A DNA stretch of 64,000 nt from the NCBI GenBank assembly GCA_036479435.1, contig JAZGFI010000271.1, forward strand, positions 32,603 through 96,602. Direction: 5' to 3'. This document shows, one piece after another, positions 1 to 9,443 of the stretch. The first letter of the stretch is position 1. The number at the start of each line of letters is the position of its first letter. The DNA comes from Planctomycetota bacterium (GTDB lineage: Bacteria; Planctomycetota; GCA-002687715; DRQF01). The notes beneath the pieces are model-generated. The model was not told the DNA's origin. It made no database searches and was given only the letters and a program-made list of their open reading frames with translations. The position numbers were made by a program, and so were the translations under genes.

Positions 1-2
1 GC

Positions 3-1535
3 GGCAGCGTCTGGGAAGAGAGCATCATTTTTGCGCCCCAGGATATCCGTTTCGTCGCGCTGTCGGCAACGATCGGAAACCTCGATGAGCTGAAGGCCTG
101 GATGTCTGAAGTTCGGCACGCCGAGGTCGAGCTCATCCACACCGACGAGCGCCCCGTCCCGCTTGAGAACTGGCTGTTCTTGGAAGAAGACGGCGTCTTT
201 TCCCCCCAGCACCTCAAAGAGAATCTTCGGCGCGTTCAGCGCGGCCGACGCCGCCGGGCGACTCCGGGTTCGCAGCGCAGCAAGCTTTTGAAGTGGATGA
301 TCGAAGAGCAGAAACTACCGGCGCTCTACTTTTGCTTTTCGCGACGCCGCTGTGAACAGCTGGCCCAAAAATGGCAACGCCGCGCCAAGTTACTTAACGG
401 CGAAGAACGCGGCCGCGTCGTGACCCTCTTCGACGAACTCATCGAGCGCTATGATGCGGGGCGACATCCCGCCGTCCGCGACATGCGCGAGAGCGTGAGC
501 CGAGGCGTTCTTTATCACCACGCGGGCATGATGCCGGTGTTCAAAGATATCGTCGAACGTCTGTTTTGCTCCGGCTTGGTCAAACTGCTGTTCACCACCG
601 AGACTTTCGCGCTTGGCGTCAACATGCCCGCACGCTCGGTCGTCTTTGATGCGCTATCGAAGTACAACGGCGTCGAAGTCGTGCCCATCACCCCCCTGGA
701 TTTCCGCCAGATGGCGGGCCGCGCCGGACGCCAGGGTATCGACACCAAAGGCGAAGTCTTCTCGCTTCTCGACCCCGAGTTTGATTCGCCCAAACGCATC
801 GCCGAAATCCTGCACAAAAAACCGGGGGCCATCAAAAGCCGGTTTTCCCTGGGCTATTCGACCATCTTGAACCTGAAGACCCTCATGGGTGACGACATCG
901 GCGAGGCCGTCGAAAAGAGCTTCGCCGCCTTTCAGACCGGCAACGCCAAGATGCCTCTGCTGGACCTGAAGAAGAAACTCCGCGTTCTCAACGATCGCGG
1001 CTATCTCGACGACCAGGGCACCACCGGCAAGGGGCGCTTTTGTTCCCGCATCAACGGTTTCGAAGTCCATTTGGCCGAGTTCTTTTGGGACGGCATCTTA
1101 GAAGACCTCGATCCGATCCCCCTTGCCGTATTGTGTGAAGCCATCATCTACTCGCCGCGCGGCCGAGAAACCGGGCACGCCTTTATGCGTTCGCCCTTGC
1201 CGCAAGCCACTCTCAACCGCTCCAAGAAACTCATCCGGGACTTTCGCAAAGCCGAAACTCGCAACGGCATTATCGAACTCACCAAGCCCCTCGATTTCGG
1301 TCTGTCAGGTGCCATCGAATCCTGGATGCTCGGCGCATCTTTCGGCCAAGTCTCGCGCCGAACCGGCATGCAGGACGGCGACTTCGTGCGCTCGATTAGA
1401 CTCGCCATTCAGGTCCTGCGCCAACTCGCCTGGGCCCTCCCCCGCGAGCACCACGTCTCCGACCACGCCCACCAAGCCATCCAACTCCTCAACCGCGACG
1501 AAGTCGACGCCGAGAAGCAACTCAAAGTGCGATAG
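3..1535 (+). CDS. Ski2/HelY-like DEAD/DEAH-box RNA helicase (5' partial)
   Basis: The frame is open from the window start (GSVWEESII...VALSATIGN). Motifs FCFSRRRCE, HHAGMMP, LFTTETFALGVNMPA and QMAGRAGRQG are present, with a DSHCT-like C-terminus (DGDFVRSIR). Confidence 0.92.
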   Translation, partial: GSVWEESIIFAPQDIRFVALSATIGNLDELKAWMSEVRHAEVELIHTDERPVPLENWLFLEEDGVFSPQHLKENLRRVQRGRRRRATPGSQRSKLLKWMIEEQKLPALYFCFSRRRCEQLAQKWQRRAKLLNGEERGRVVTLFDELIERYDAGRHPAVRDMRESVSRGVLYHHAGMMPVFKDIVERLFCSGLVKLLFTTETFALGVNMPARSVVFDALSKYNGVEVVPITPLDFRQMAGRAGRQGIDTKGEVFSLLDPEFDSPKRIAEILHKKPGAIKSRFSLGYSTILNLKTLMGDDIGEAVEKSFAAFQTGNAKMPLLDLKKKLRVLNDRGYLDDQGTTGKGRFCSRINGFEVHLAEFFWDGILEDLDPIPLAVLCEAIIYSPRGRETGHAFMRSPLPQATLNRSKKLIRDFRKAETRNGIIELTKPLDFGLSGAIESWMLGASFGQVSRRTGMQDGDFVRSIRLAIQVLRQLAWALPREHHVSDHAHQAIQLLNRDEVDAEKQLKVR

Positions 1536-1595
1536 GTGAGGGCGCTGCTTCGCCACGTACGCTGTGAATTCAGGCTTCCATGGCGCCACGAATTA

Positions 1596-1625
1596 TTGTT
1601 AATTCTCAGTATCCGGTGATATAAT
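1596..1625 (+). promoter_or_regulatory. Putative sigma70 promoter of the TA operon
   Basis: TTGTTA (1596-1601), an 18 bp spacer, then an extended -10 TG-A-TATAAT (1617-1625). RBS GGAGG at 1649-1653. Confidence 0.6.
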
Positions 1626-1658
1626 GACCCTTCATCACTAGATTCCTTGGAGGCCAAC

Positions 1659-1922
1659 ATGAAAGCCACCACTCTCAGCATCTCGCTGCCACCTGAGCTC
1701 GCGCGCTACGTACGGGATAAGGTCGGAACCGGAAACTACGCCTCAGTCAGCGAGGTTATTCGCGAAGCGCTGCGGTTGTTGCAGGCAGAGCAAGGCCAAG
1801 CGCTTGAGTTTGACCAAGACGAAGCCGAACGAGCTATCGATGCCATCCGAAGAGCACGTGTTGGCGTGCAACTCGGCGGCGACCTGACGATCTCAGACCT
1901 CATCAACGAAGGTCGTCGGTGA
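1659..1922 (+). CDS. Type II antitoxin, ParD-like ribbon-helix-helix family
   Basis: ATG follows GGAGG. SISLPPEL...GNYASVSEVIREALR matches the RHH antitoxin pattern. Overlaps the toxin gene (GTGA). Confidence 0.8.
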   Translation: MKATTLSISLPPELARYVRDKVGTGNYASVSEVIREALRLLQAEQGQALEFDQDEAERAIDAIRRARVGVQLGGDLTISDLINEGRR

Positions 1923-2326
1923 GCGACGTCTTCGTGTTGGATGCTTCGGTGGCACTCTCGTGGTGTTTCGAAGATGAAGCAAGCGAGTTCGCGGACGGCA
2001 TTCTCGACTCTCTCAAGACCAACACAGCCCTTGTTCCCTCGGTACTCTTTCAGCTTGAGATTTGTAACGGGCTGCTCGTGGCTGAACGGCGGCAACGACT
2101 AAGCGAGCTGCAAGTTCGAGAGTGGAAAAGCCAGTTCGAAAAGCTCGCAATTATCGCGATTGCCGTACCCCTAGCGGAGGTTTTCGAACTGGCTCGCAGG
2201 CATCAGCGCTCCAGCTACGACGGAGCCTACCTCACTCTTGCCAAGCGCCAGAACGTGCCACTTGCAACGCTTGATGGCGGAATGCGCCAAGCGGCCAAGG
2301 AAGCGGGAGTTGCTCTTTTGACCTAG
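1919..2326 (+). CDS. vapC: PIN-domain (VapC family) toxin
   Basis: VLDAS, LE, SYDGAY and LATLD carry the conserved PIN acidic residues. Confidence 0.9.
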   Translation: MSDVFVLDASVALSWCFEDEASEFADGILDSLKTNTALVPSVLFQLEICNGLLVAERRQRLSELQVREWKSQFEKLAIIAIAVPLAEVFELARRHQRSSYDGAYLTLAKRQNVPLATLDGGMRQAAKEAGVALLT

Positions 2327-2403
2327 CGCTAGGCTCAGAGACTCGGTGTGAACATCAAGGATGTCGAGCCTGAACTAAGCTACTGTCGCCATCGCGCTTC
2401 GCC

Positions 2404-3177
2404 CTAATCCTGCGCGGGCAGTTTGAGGACCGAGCCCGCCATCAACTCGATGGATTCGACGTGGCCCATTTGAGGTTGATCGCCCCCAATCACCACATGG
2501 ACATGAGTCTTAGAACCGTGATGGGTCAAGACACCCTCTTGGCCCAAGGCATGGAGGCCAACCAGGGTGCCGCGAACAGCGTCCAGGTGAAAACGAATCG
2601 GAGCCTGGTCAGAGTTGGGGTCCGCCCGCATCGGGCACATGCCGTTGGCAATGTGCGCGTCTAACTTTGCAAACGGGCCTTCCACCAAAAAGGGAAAGGG
2701 ACGCGAGACATCCAGCCCGGCCTCCTCAGCCACACCTTTGATAAAGGCCTCCATGTTCTCCGCCGAGACATCCTCAGTGATGGGATGTTCTGTCCATCGG
2801 GACACTCGCGCCATGACCAACAAAGTGGCTTGCGTGTCGTTCGCTTCGAGAAGCCGACAATCAGCACGCGACTCCCTGACCCGCGACACCCAAACCTCAC
2901 CATCGAGAATCGTCACTTCGCCATTGAGCCCCGCCAGTGCACCGATCGCGTAGACGCCTTTCGAACCCGCGAAATCACGGAGTCGGACCCGCCCTTCGGT
3001 CTTGCCCTTGGCGAGCACTTCGCGCATGGCGCCCCACTGCTGAATCTCGCCATCCCAGAATTCACCAAGCTCGTTTTTGGCCGCGGCCTCCGCAGGCACG
3101 CGGTCCGCGGAGCAGGCTCCGAGACTCAGAACAGCTAAGGCCATGAGGAACGCGAGAGCGTGATTCTTTGTCAGCAC
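2404..3177 (-). CDS. Alpha-acetolactate decarboxylase-like lipoprotein
   Basis: Lipobox LGAC; YAIGALAGLNGEVTILDG; His-rich THHGSKTHVH...GHV zinc site. Confidence 0.7.
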   Translation of the reverse strand: MLTKNHALAFLMALAVLSLGACSADRVPAEAAAKNELGEFWDGEIQQWGAMREVLAKGKTEGRVRLRDFAGSKGVYAIGALAGLNGEVTILDGEVWVSRVRESRADCRLLEANDTQATLLVMARVSRWTEHPITEDVSAENMEAFIKGVAEEAGLDVSRPFPFLVEGPFAKLDAHIANGMCPMRADPNSDQAPIRFHLDAVRGTLVGLHALGQEGVLTHHGSKTHVHVVIGGDQPQMGHVESIELMAGSVLKLPAQD

Positions 3178-3436
3178 GAAAGTTCTCCTTCAGAGCATGA
3201 ATGCTCCTGAAATTTAAAACGCCAACTGCAAAGTGAAAACACCGGGCAACTTTCTCCCGGATGGGCGAGCTCGGCGGGGAACCCAGGCAAGGCCCTCGGA
3301 CATCTCAAACTTGCGTTTCTCGCCACGGCTTTCAACCGTCGTTCGCCGAAACGCTAAGATCGGACTCGTAGTTCAGGCTTCGCCGCATTCTTCAATCCGC
3401 GGCCTCCACAAGATACTTAGGAGAGTCAAGCTCAGG

Positions 3437-4184
3437 GTGTTCTCCCGTCTATTCCTAACATCGCTGCTTCTGCTTTGTGTGGGTGCGCCAGCCCAACAAG
3501 TGAGTCAGGTCTTTTCGATGCCAGCGGGCTTTGTGCCCATGGACACGAAAATTGCGGACCTACTGGGCGATTCGGCTGAAGACATCCTCGTCGTCGACGC
3601 GACGGGTACCTTGCTGATTCTTGAGAACCTGGGGGGCAATCAACTTCGTGCATCCCGATGGTCAAATCGGGGGCATGACCATCAATCCGCCCTTATCGAT
3701 CTCATCGACAACTCCGCTCGATGTGGTCTCAAGTCAGCCCATCCTCGTCCTTGGTTCCGGATTCAACCCGGACATGGTCGCCACGCTAGACGGCAACGCC
3801 CTATCACCAATGAGCATCACTCCGACTGAGTTTTCCTTCGCACTCCCGACCGGGACGGACGCCTGCAACGCAACCTTGACCCTCACCAACCCCTGCGGAC
3901 TCGGAGCCTCGATTCAGCTGATCCCTCCACCCATCATTACCAGCCTCTCGTATGACACTGGGCCCGCCGCGGGGGGCGGAGCCATCATCATTTGGGGTAG
4001 TGGTTTCGGCCAAAATGCCCTGGCGCAAGTCACCTTTGGAAACTCGCAGGCTTTGGTCCTTGGCGCAACCGCGAACTTTGTCGCCGCAATTGTTCCGGCT
4101 GGAGTCCCCGGACCCGTCACGGTTGCCGTTACGCCGGGGTCGGGGTGTACGTTGCCGGCAACGACGACTTTCACTTATTTTTAG
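3437..4184 (+). pseudogene. Frameshifted secreted protein (FG-GAP-like start plus IPT/TIG domains)
   Basis: Signal peptide and ADLLGDSAEDILV lie in one frame; IPT-like PPIITSLSYDTGPAAGG...GSGFG lies in the +1 frame. The junction is at a G6 run (3631-3636). Confidence 0.6.
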
Positions 4185-4223
4185 ACTTCAGGCCATCATC
4201 GTTCGCAGCGGCACGGATGGCTA

Positions 4224-5171
4224 CTAACGATCTTTCATCGACGTCTTCGGTTTGGTCTCGCTCTGGACTGGCTTCGGGGCCGCGGTCTTGAAGGCTTGGA
4301 TTGGAAGGCCTTGGTTGGGGATGCGGCGGTCGAACTTGATGACGGTCTTGACGTCGGAGCCCGCTTGCGCGGCATCGGCGGGGTTTGAGAAGCGCTCGAT
4401 GCGGGCGAGGAGGAGGATGTCCTTCGACTTTGCGTAGTGGAAGTTTTCCTCCATGAGCAGTCGGTTGTCCCGCTCGAATTTCAGTCCCTCTAAGAGGTGT
4501 TTTTTGCCGCGTTTCGTCCAACGGTAGTGCTGTACGAGAACCCGGCCTCGTTCATCTGTCATCCGCATGGTGACGGGCAAGCCGTTGCTGATGCGGAGGC
4601 GCATCTCGCGGTACTGTTGCTTTTTGATCGGGCGAAAAATGATGGTGTGCTCGATCTGGTTGTTGACCGTCCGCGACTTCAGTTCTTGGCGCCAAGACTT
4701 GAAACTACTCGCGAGTGGCGCGCCCAAAACGATTCGCTGCGTGACCCGGTGCACATCGTCGACAAGGCCCTTGATAATCTGAGCCCCGTTTTTAGTTTTG
4801 AAGAACGCGGGCTGTTCCACAGGTACTTTGCCGGACTTAAGGACGAGTCCGGCTTTCCAATGAGTGGGGGCCTTCCAGCTGTAGCGGATGGCGTAGTCTT
4901 TGATCGCCTTGCCGACTTCTCCGGACCCAAAGAGTGGCCAGTCAAACTGGTAGTCCAATAGGCCTTCACGGCGTGCGTAGTAGATCCCCTGGTCCACGGC
5001 TTCCAACACCGACTGGGCCGTCGGCACGGCCGGTCTTGAGGTCGAGGTTGGCTTGGACGGTGTTTCGCCCTGAGGCCGGGATGAGGGCCGGCTGTCTTGC
5101 GCTTGAATGCCAGCAAGCATCAGCGAACATGCCAAGAATCCGAGGGCGAGGGTTTTCGAGAACTGATTCAC
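4224..5171 (-). CDS. Exported hypothetical protein, last gene of the radical SAM operon
   Basis: Signal peptide, S/T/P-rich linker and beta-rich body. GTGA overlap with the upstream gene. Confidence 0.75.
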   Translation of the reverse strand: MNQFSKTLALGFLACSLMLAGIQAQDSRPSSRPQGETPSKPTSTSRPAVPTAQSVLEAVDQGIYYARREGLLDYQFDWPLFGSGEVGKAIKDYAIRYSWKAPTHWKAGLVLKSGKVPVEQPAFFKTKNGAQIIKGLVDDVHRVTQRIVLGAPLASSFKSWRQELKSRTVNNQIEHTIIFRPIKKQQYREMRLRISNGLPVTMRMTDERGRVLVQHYRWTKRGKKHLLEGLKFERDNRLLMEENFHYAKSKDILLLARIERFSNPADAAQAGSDVKTVIKFDRRIPNQGLPIQAFKTAAPKPVQSETKPKTSMKDR

Positions 5172-6250
5172 GAGTCGCTACCTTTTTGAGGGGCTAGTTC
5201 GCGTCGCAACGCCTTCCAACCATTTCCGAGGATTGTCTGATAGGCCTCACAGGCGGTCCAACAATCGGGGCACTTCTTTTTCTCGATGAGTTCTTGCGCC
5301 TCACGCACTTGCGATGTCTCCATAAGCTCGTCTAAGTCAAAGTCATGCTCGCGCAAGTTGCCGAGGCGCCGATTCCAAGTGATACAAGGATATACGTTCC
5401 AAAAGGGATCAATGAAAACAGAAGATCGTAAGGCCCTGCAAACGTAAGGACTTGTGCCCTTTTTAGAATAGGAGATGAGGTCGTTTTGGAAACGACGCTC
5501 GAGTCTAGAGACAAAGCCCTTGGCCTCGGTTTTGGCCCGGTGGGCCGAGATGGCCTCTAGTTCCGCGGAACGATCGACACCGCGCTGGAGATCCGCGTGG
5601 TCGTCGTTGCCGTAATAGTGAGCGCTGGTTTGGGCGAGATTGAGGTGGAGATCTTCGCGCCTGAATCCCGGAATGCGCTCGCGGAGGACCGCCAGCGTTT
5701 CCTCCACGAGGCCCGAATTCTCGGCGCTCAAGGTCATGCCCGCTTTGGGCATCAGGCGTTGGTCGCCAAGCTCGAAGAGCCGGCGCAAACTTGCGACCGC
5801 ATCTTCAAAAAGCCCCGGAGACTGTCGGATGCGATCGTGCACGGCCGGCGGGCCATCGAGACTAACCGTGATCGCGACCTTTTTGACTTTGCTTTCGAGG
5901 GCGATGCGCGCGAGTCCTAGCAGGCGGTCGCCGCGAAAGCCGGTGGTCGGAAAGTCCAAAAGGTAAAGCCGGGGGTTACGAGTCGTCACCGTTCGCACGA
6001 TCTCCTCAGCCTTGGGCTTCATTAGGATCTCGCCGCCGGAGAGGTTGACCCAAGTCCAGTGACCCTGCCGTTCGAAGAAGCGCTCAATCTCCTCTGCACT
6101 CATGTCATCGCGCGAGGACTTCTTCCAGATGTCACACATCGCGCAACGACAGTTGCAGGCGTAGTTCAAAATCAGAGTCAGTTTGAAGGGTCGACCGCGA
6201 CGAGTCAGATTCGAAGCGACGATGTCGCGGGCCAAACTGAGGACTCTCAT
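5168..6250 (-). CDS. Radical SAM / SPASM-domain protein
   Basis: CNCRCAMC, SGGE; C-terminal C...VYPC...CPDCWTAC. Confidence 0.9.
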   Translation of the reverse strand: MRVLSLARDIVASNLTRRGRPFKLTLILNYACNCRCAMCDIWKKSSRDDMSAEEIERFFERQGHWTWVNLSGGEILMKPKAEEIVRTVTTRNPRLYLLDFPTTGFRGDRLLGLARIALESKVKKVAITVSLDGPPAVHDRIRQSPGLFEDAVASLRRLFELGDQRLMPKAGMTLSAENSGLVEETLAVLRERIPGFRREDLHLNLAQTSAHYYGNDDHADLQRGVDRSAELEAISAHRAKTEAKGFVSRLERRFQNDLISYSKKGTSPYVCRALRSSVFIDPFWNVYPCITWNRRLGNLREHDFDLDELMETSQVREAQELIEKKKCPDCWTACEAYQTILGNGWKALRRELAPQKGSDS

Positions 6251-8175
6251 TCGCCCTTCTCCCGCGCCAAACGCGCCAAGAATGCGGCGCGCTCGGCTTT
6301 CATGCGAGGGCGATGGGCTGGCGGCAATTCCCCTAAGAGCGCTTGGTACTCGGCCAGGATCTCATCGCGGCGTTTTTTCCCGACGATGCCGGCGAGGATA
6401 CTGACGCGCCAGGTTCGAACATCGAGGTCCGAGACTTTGAGTTCTTGCAAGACATAACGAAAATCGCTGAGAGCAAGGGTTTGACGCCCGGCGAGGTTTT
6501 GGAGAAACCCGCGAATTTTCAAGAATTCGACGAGGCGCCTTTGCCCCTTAGGGCCGAGGACGCGAAGGCGGCCAAGAAAACTCTGAGACCTCCCCAAACT
6601 CGCAGCCGCAGCTTGGGTTTCGAAGTTGGGACGACTTAAGTCGGCACGCATGCCGATTTTCTGCGCACTGCGGTGCATCAATTCGATGACGGCGTCGAGG
6701 TTCGGATCGGCGTCCGGCTTGCCTTCGATCCAGTCGTCGAAAAGTGCTCCTCCCGCGGCGATGGCGCCCGCGGGATCACCACCGTAGTTCGCGGCCTTGA
6801 CCAAAACGGCGCGGCCGCCAAAGTTCGACTGCCATGAGTTGCGAATGAGCTTGTAGGCGCGGCGACCATCGAGGCTGGGGTCAGCACTCTCAGCGCGGTC
6901 ACGGTCGATACGGGCCATGATGGCGCGACCCAAGTTGTAGCGAGCTCGTGAACTCTTCGCTTGGGTTCCACCCTCTGCGTCTTCTCGCTCGACCACCGGC
7001 TCCCAAAGGCTCTGTTCGTCAGCCCAGGTTTTTTGCACGGCGAAAAGACGAAGCGAGGCGATCACTATGATTCCCGCAAACAAGGCTATGGCGAGTTTCG
7101 GCGGGCAGTACTTCAGCAAGAGTTTGGCAAAGGCGAGGCTGAAAAAAGCGAGGCTGGGGTAAAAGAACCTATCGGCAGCAACGATATTGAGGGGCACGAC
7201 TTGTAGGACGGGCAGGAGCGCGATCAAAGCGGTTCCCGCCAACAGACTTGAGGCCCCCAGGCCCCGACGATGCCAACGGTAAACGACGCTGCCCGCCAAG
7301 GCGAAAAACAACAACCAACCGAGACTCGCTGCCAGCCATGAGGTGTCGTCCCAATACCAATCAAAACGAGGGGTCAAGACCAACAGGTAGGCGCCCGCGT
7401 AGTAGCTCAGACCTTGCCCCATGTCCCACAAGGCCTGAAGAACGGGCCGAGCATTCTGGCTCGTTCCGACATCGCTCAAAGCCGCGGTGCGTAGGAACAG
7501 GTAAGCCGCCACCAAGAATGCGACGCTCGCTAGTTCCCAGATCCGTGCCCGCAGCCCACCTTGCCCGTCCGCGCAGGCAGCCAGTCCCAAAACGAGCGGC
7601 AGGGTAACCGCCATTTCTTTCCCCATGACCGCCAAGAAAGCCGCGACCACCAAGCAGGGAATCGACACGGCAAGGCGGGGCCGCTGAAGAAAAACCAAGA
7701 GTGCCAACAGTGAAAAGCAAAGCGCCAGTCCGTCGCCGAGACTCGAAACCCAGGCCACGGTCTCTGCCGCCATGGGGTGCAAGCCAAAAAGCAGGGCTCC
7801 CGCCGCCGCGGCTAAAGGTGCCAGCCCCAAGCGCTGCCCGATGAGCGCGAGGAACAAGACGGACATCAGATGAAGGAGGATATTGAGGGCACGATATGCT
7901 GCGGGCGGCAAGGCCTCATCGCTCGCGAAGAACTGAGCGAGCCGCCCCCAAAGATAGGTGCGCAAGGGACGATAGGCTCCGCCAACCGTCGCTTCCACCG
8001 ACAGGATCTTGGGATCACGGATCGCCTGCATGATCCCCACGCCGTCGCGAACCGCGGGGTTGGCCGCGACGAATCGATGGTCGTCGTAGACGAATTCATG
8101 CGACAAAGTGGGGAGGTAGGCGGCACCGGCGAGGATGGCCACGGCAACAAACAAAATCAGAATGCGGGCGCTCAT
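6247..8175 (-). CDS. TMTC-like GT-C membrane glycosyltransferase with TPR-like C-terminus
   Basis: EFVYDD, YRPL, HP..AETVAWVS, KE and ADRFFYP motifs; many TM helices; ARYNLG TPR-like tail. Confidence 0.75.
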   Translation of the reverse strand: MSARILILFVAVAILAGAAYLPTLSHEFVYDDHRFVAANPAVRDGVGIMQAIRDPKILSVEATVGGAYRPLRTYLWGRLAQFFASDEALPPAAYRALNILLHLMSVLFLALIGQRLGLAPLAAAAGALLFGLHPMAAETVAWVSSLGDGLALCFSLLALLVFLQRPRLAVSIPCLVVAAFLAVMGKEMAVTLPLVLGLAACADGQGGLRARIWELASVAFLVAAYLFLRTAALSDVGTSQNARPVLQALWDMGQGLSYYAGAYLLVLTPRFDWYWDDTSWLAASLGWLLFFALAGSVVYRWHRRGLGASSLLAGTALIALLPVLQVVPLNIVAADRFFYPSLAFFSLAFAKLLLKYCPPKLAIALFAGIIVIASLRLFAVQKTWADEQSLWEPVVEREDAEGGTQAKSSRARYNLGRAIMARIDRDRAESADPSLDGRRAYKLIRNSWQSNFGGRAVLVKAANYGGDPAGAIAAGGALFDDWIEGKPDADPNLDAVIELMHRSAQKIGMRADLSRPNFETQAAAASLGRSQSFLGRLRVLGPKGQRRLVEFLKIRGFLQNLAGRQTLALSDFRYVLQELKVSDLDVRTWRVSILAGIVGKKRRDEILAEYQALLGELPPAHRPRMKAERAAFLARLAREKGE

Positions 8176-9443
8176 CTCGGACGGGTCTGCCGAGGATTCG
8201 GCAGGGGATTGACTCTGGGCTGTTTTGCCTGGACTCCCTCAGCGCTTCCCGCCGCGCCCGATGAAAGCCGGCTTACCGGCGCGGCCCAAAACTCTGCGAA
8301 TGCTGCGTCGACTTCGTCAACTTCGATACTCTCGATGCAAATCGGCAGCCGACAACGCGATTCCTTCGCGTTGAGATTCGTCAGGCAGGGCGAGCAGGGA
8401 AGGTCGCGGTAAAAGACCTGCCCGCGTTCATGCAAGGGGCCGTAGAGAGCTGGAGTGTTCGGACCATAAAAGGCAAATACCGGACAGCCAGTGGCACTTG
8501 CCAGGTGCACCGGAAGCGTGTCGTTGCAAAACAGCGCGTCAACATGGTTCAACAGGGCCGCGAAGGCCGGAATACTCAAGCGACCCGCGGCGCGCACCAC
8601 AGGTTGGCTCAAGTTAGCCACACAAGACTCGATCAGCGGCAACTCCGCCGGTACCCCGGTGAGGATGACGCGGGCTTGGTGGCGCTGCTGCAAGCGACGG
8701 ATGAGTTCAGTGAAACGAGCCTCGGGCCAACGCCGCCCGATGAAGTTGTCACCGGAACCGATGTGAAAAACGCACAAGGGGCCTTTTGCGGCCAGGCTTT
8801 TTGCTTCCTTGAGGATGACCGCGGCGGCCTCTTGAGCCGCCGCATCCAGAGGCAGTGGCTCTGGACGGTAGCTGCCTTCGAGCCCCAACACGCGGCCCAG
8901 ATCAAAGAAAGTCTGGCTCATGTGCTGATCGTTGCAGTAGGGAACCACGGCCGTGTAGAGACCGGCCCGGGCTTGGCCGGGGGTTCTTAGTCCGACGCGC
9001 TGAGCGGCACCCGAAAACCAGGTCAACAAGGCGGACAGCCGGCAGAACTGCTCGAAGTCCAAAACGATATCGGGCTTCGAACTCCGCAGGGCGAAAGCCG
9101 CTTTGGGGAGCGACATGAACAGACGCGGCAAGCTCGCAATGTCAAAAGTCAGCACCTCGTCGACCTCGGGCATCGGCTCGAGCAGTTCGCGGTTGCCCGG
9201 CAACGTTAAGAACACCAGTCGCGCCTGCGGGTAGCGTTGCTTTAGGCGTCGGATGATGGGCATGATCAACACGACGTTGCCCGCTCCCCAGAGCTTGATC
9301 AAGGCGATGCAACGCAGGTCCGCAATCTCATTTTTTTTGGGCTTGGGCCGCAGCGGTGAACTGAGTGCGGACAAGATGCGACCGAGGAACACCAAGGGTA
9401 TTCCGATCCAACGGTCCACGAACTTTCCAAAGGCCAAATTCAA
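8172..9443 (-). CDS. Glycosyltransferase family 9 (heptosyltransferase-like)
   Basis: IKLWGAGNVVL, RRWP, NDTLPVHLASA, FYGPNTP, CSPC...C...C. Confidence 0.88.
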   Translation of the reverse strand: MNLAFGKFVDRWIGIPLVFLGRILSALSSPLRPKPKKNEIADLRCIALIKLWGAGNVVLIMPIIRRLKQRYPQARLVFLTLPGNRELLEPMPEVDEVLTFDIASLPRLFMSLPKAAFALRSSKPDIVLDFEQFCRLSALLTWFSGAAQRVGLRTPGQARAGLYTAVVPYCNDQHMSQTFFDLGRVLGLEGSYRPEPLPLDAAAQEAAAVILKEAKSLAAKGPLCVFHIGSGDNFIGRRWPEARFTELIRRLQQRHQARVILTGVPAELPLIESCVANLSQPVVRAAGRLSIPAFAALLNHVDALFCNDTLPVHLASATGCPVFAFYGPNTPALYGPLHERGQVFYRDLPCSPCLTNLNAKESRCRLPICIESIEVDEVDAAFAEFWAAPVSRLSSGAAGSAEGVQAKQPRVNPLPNPRQTRPR

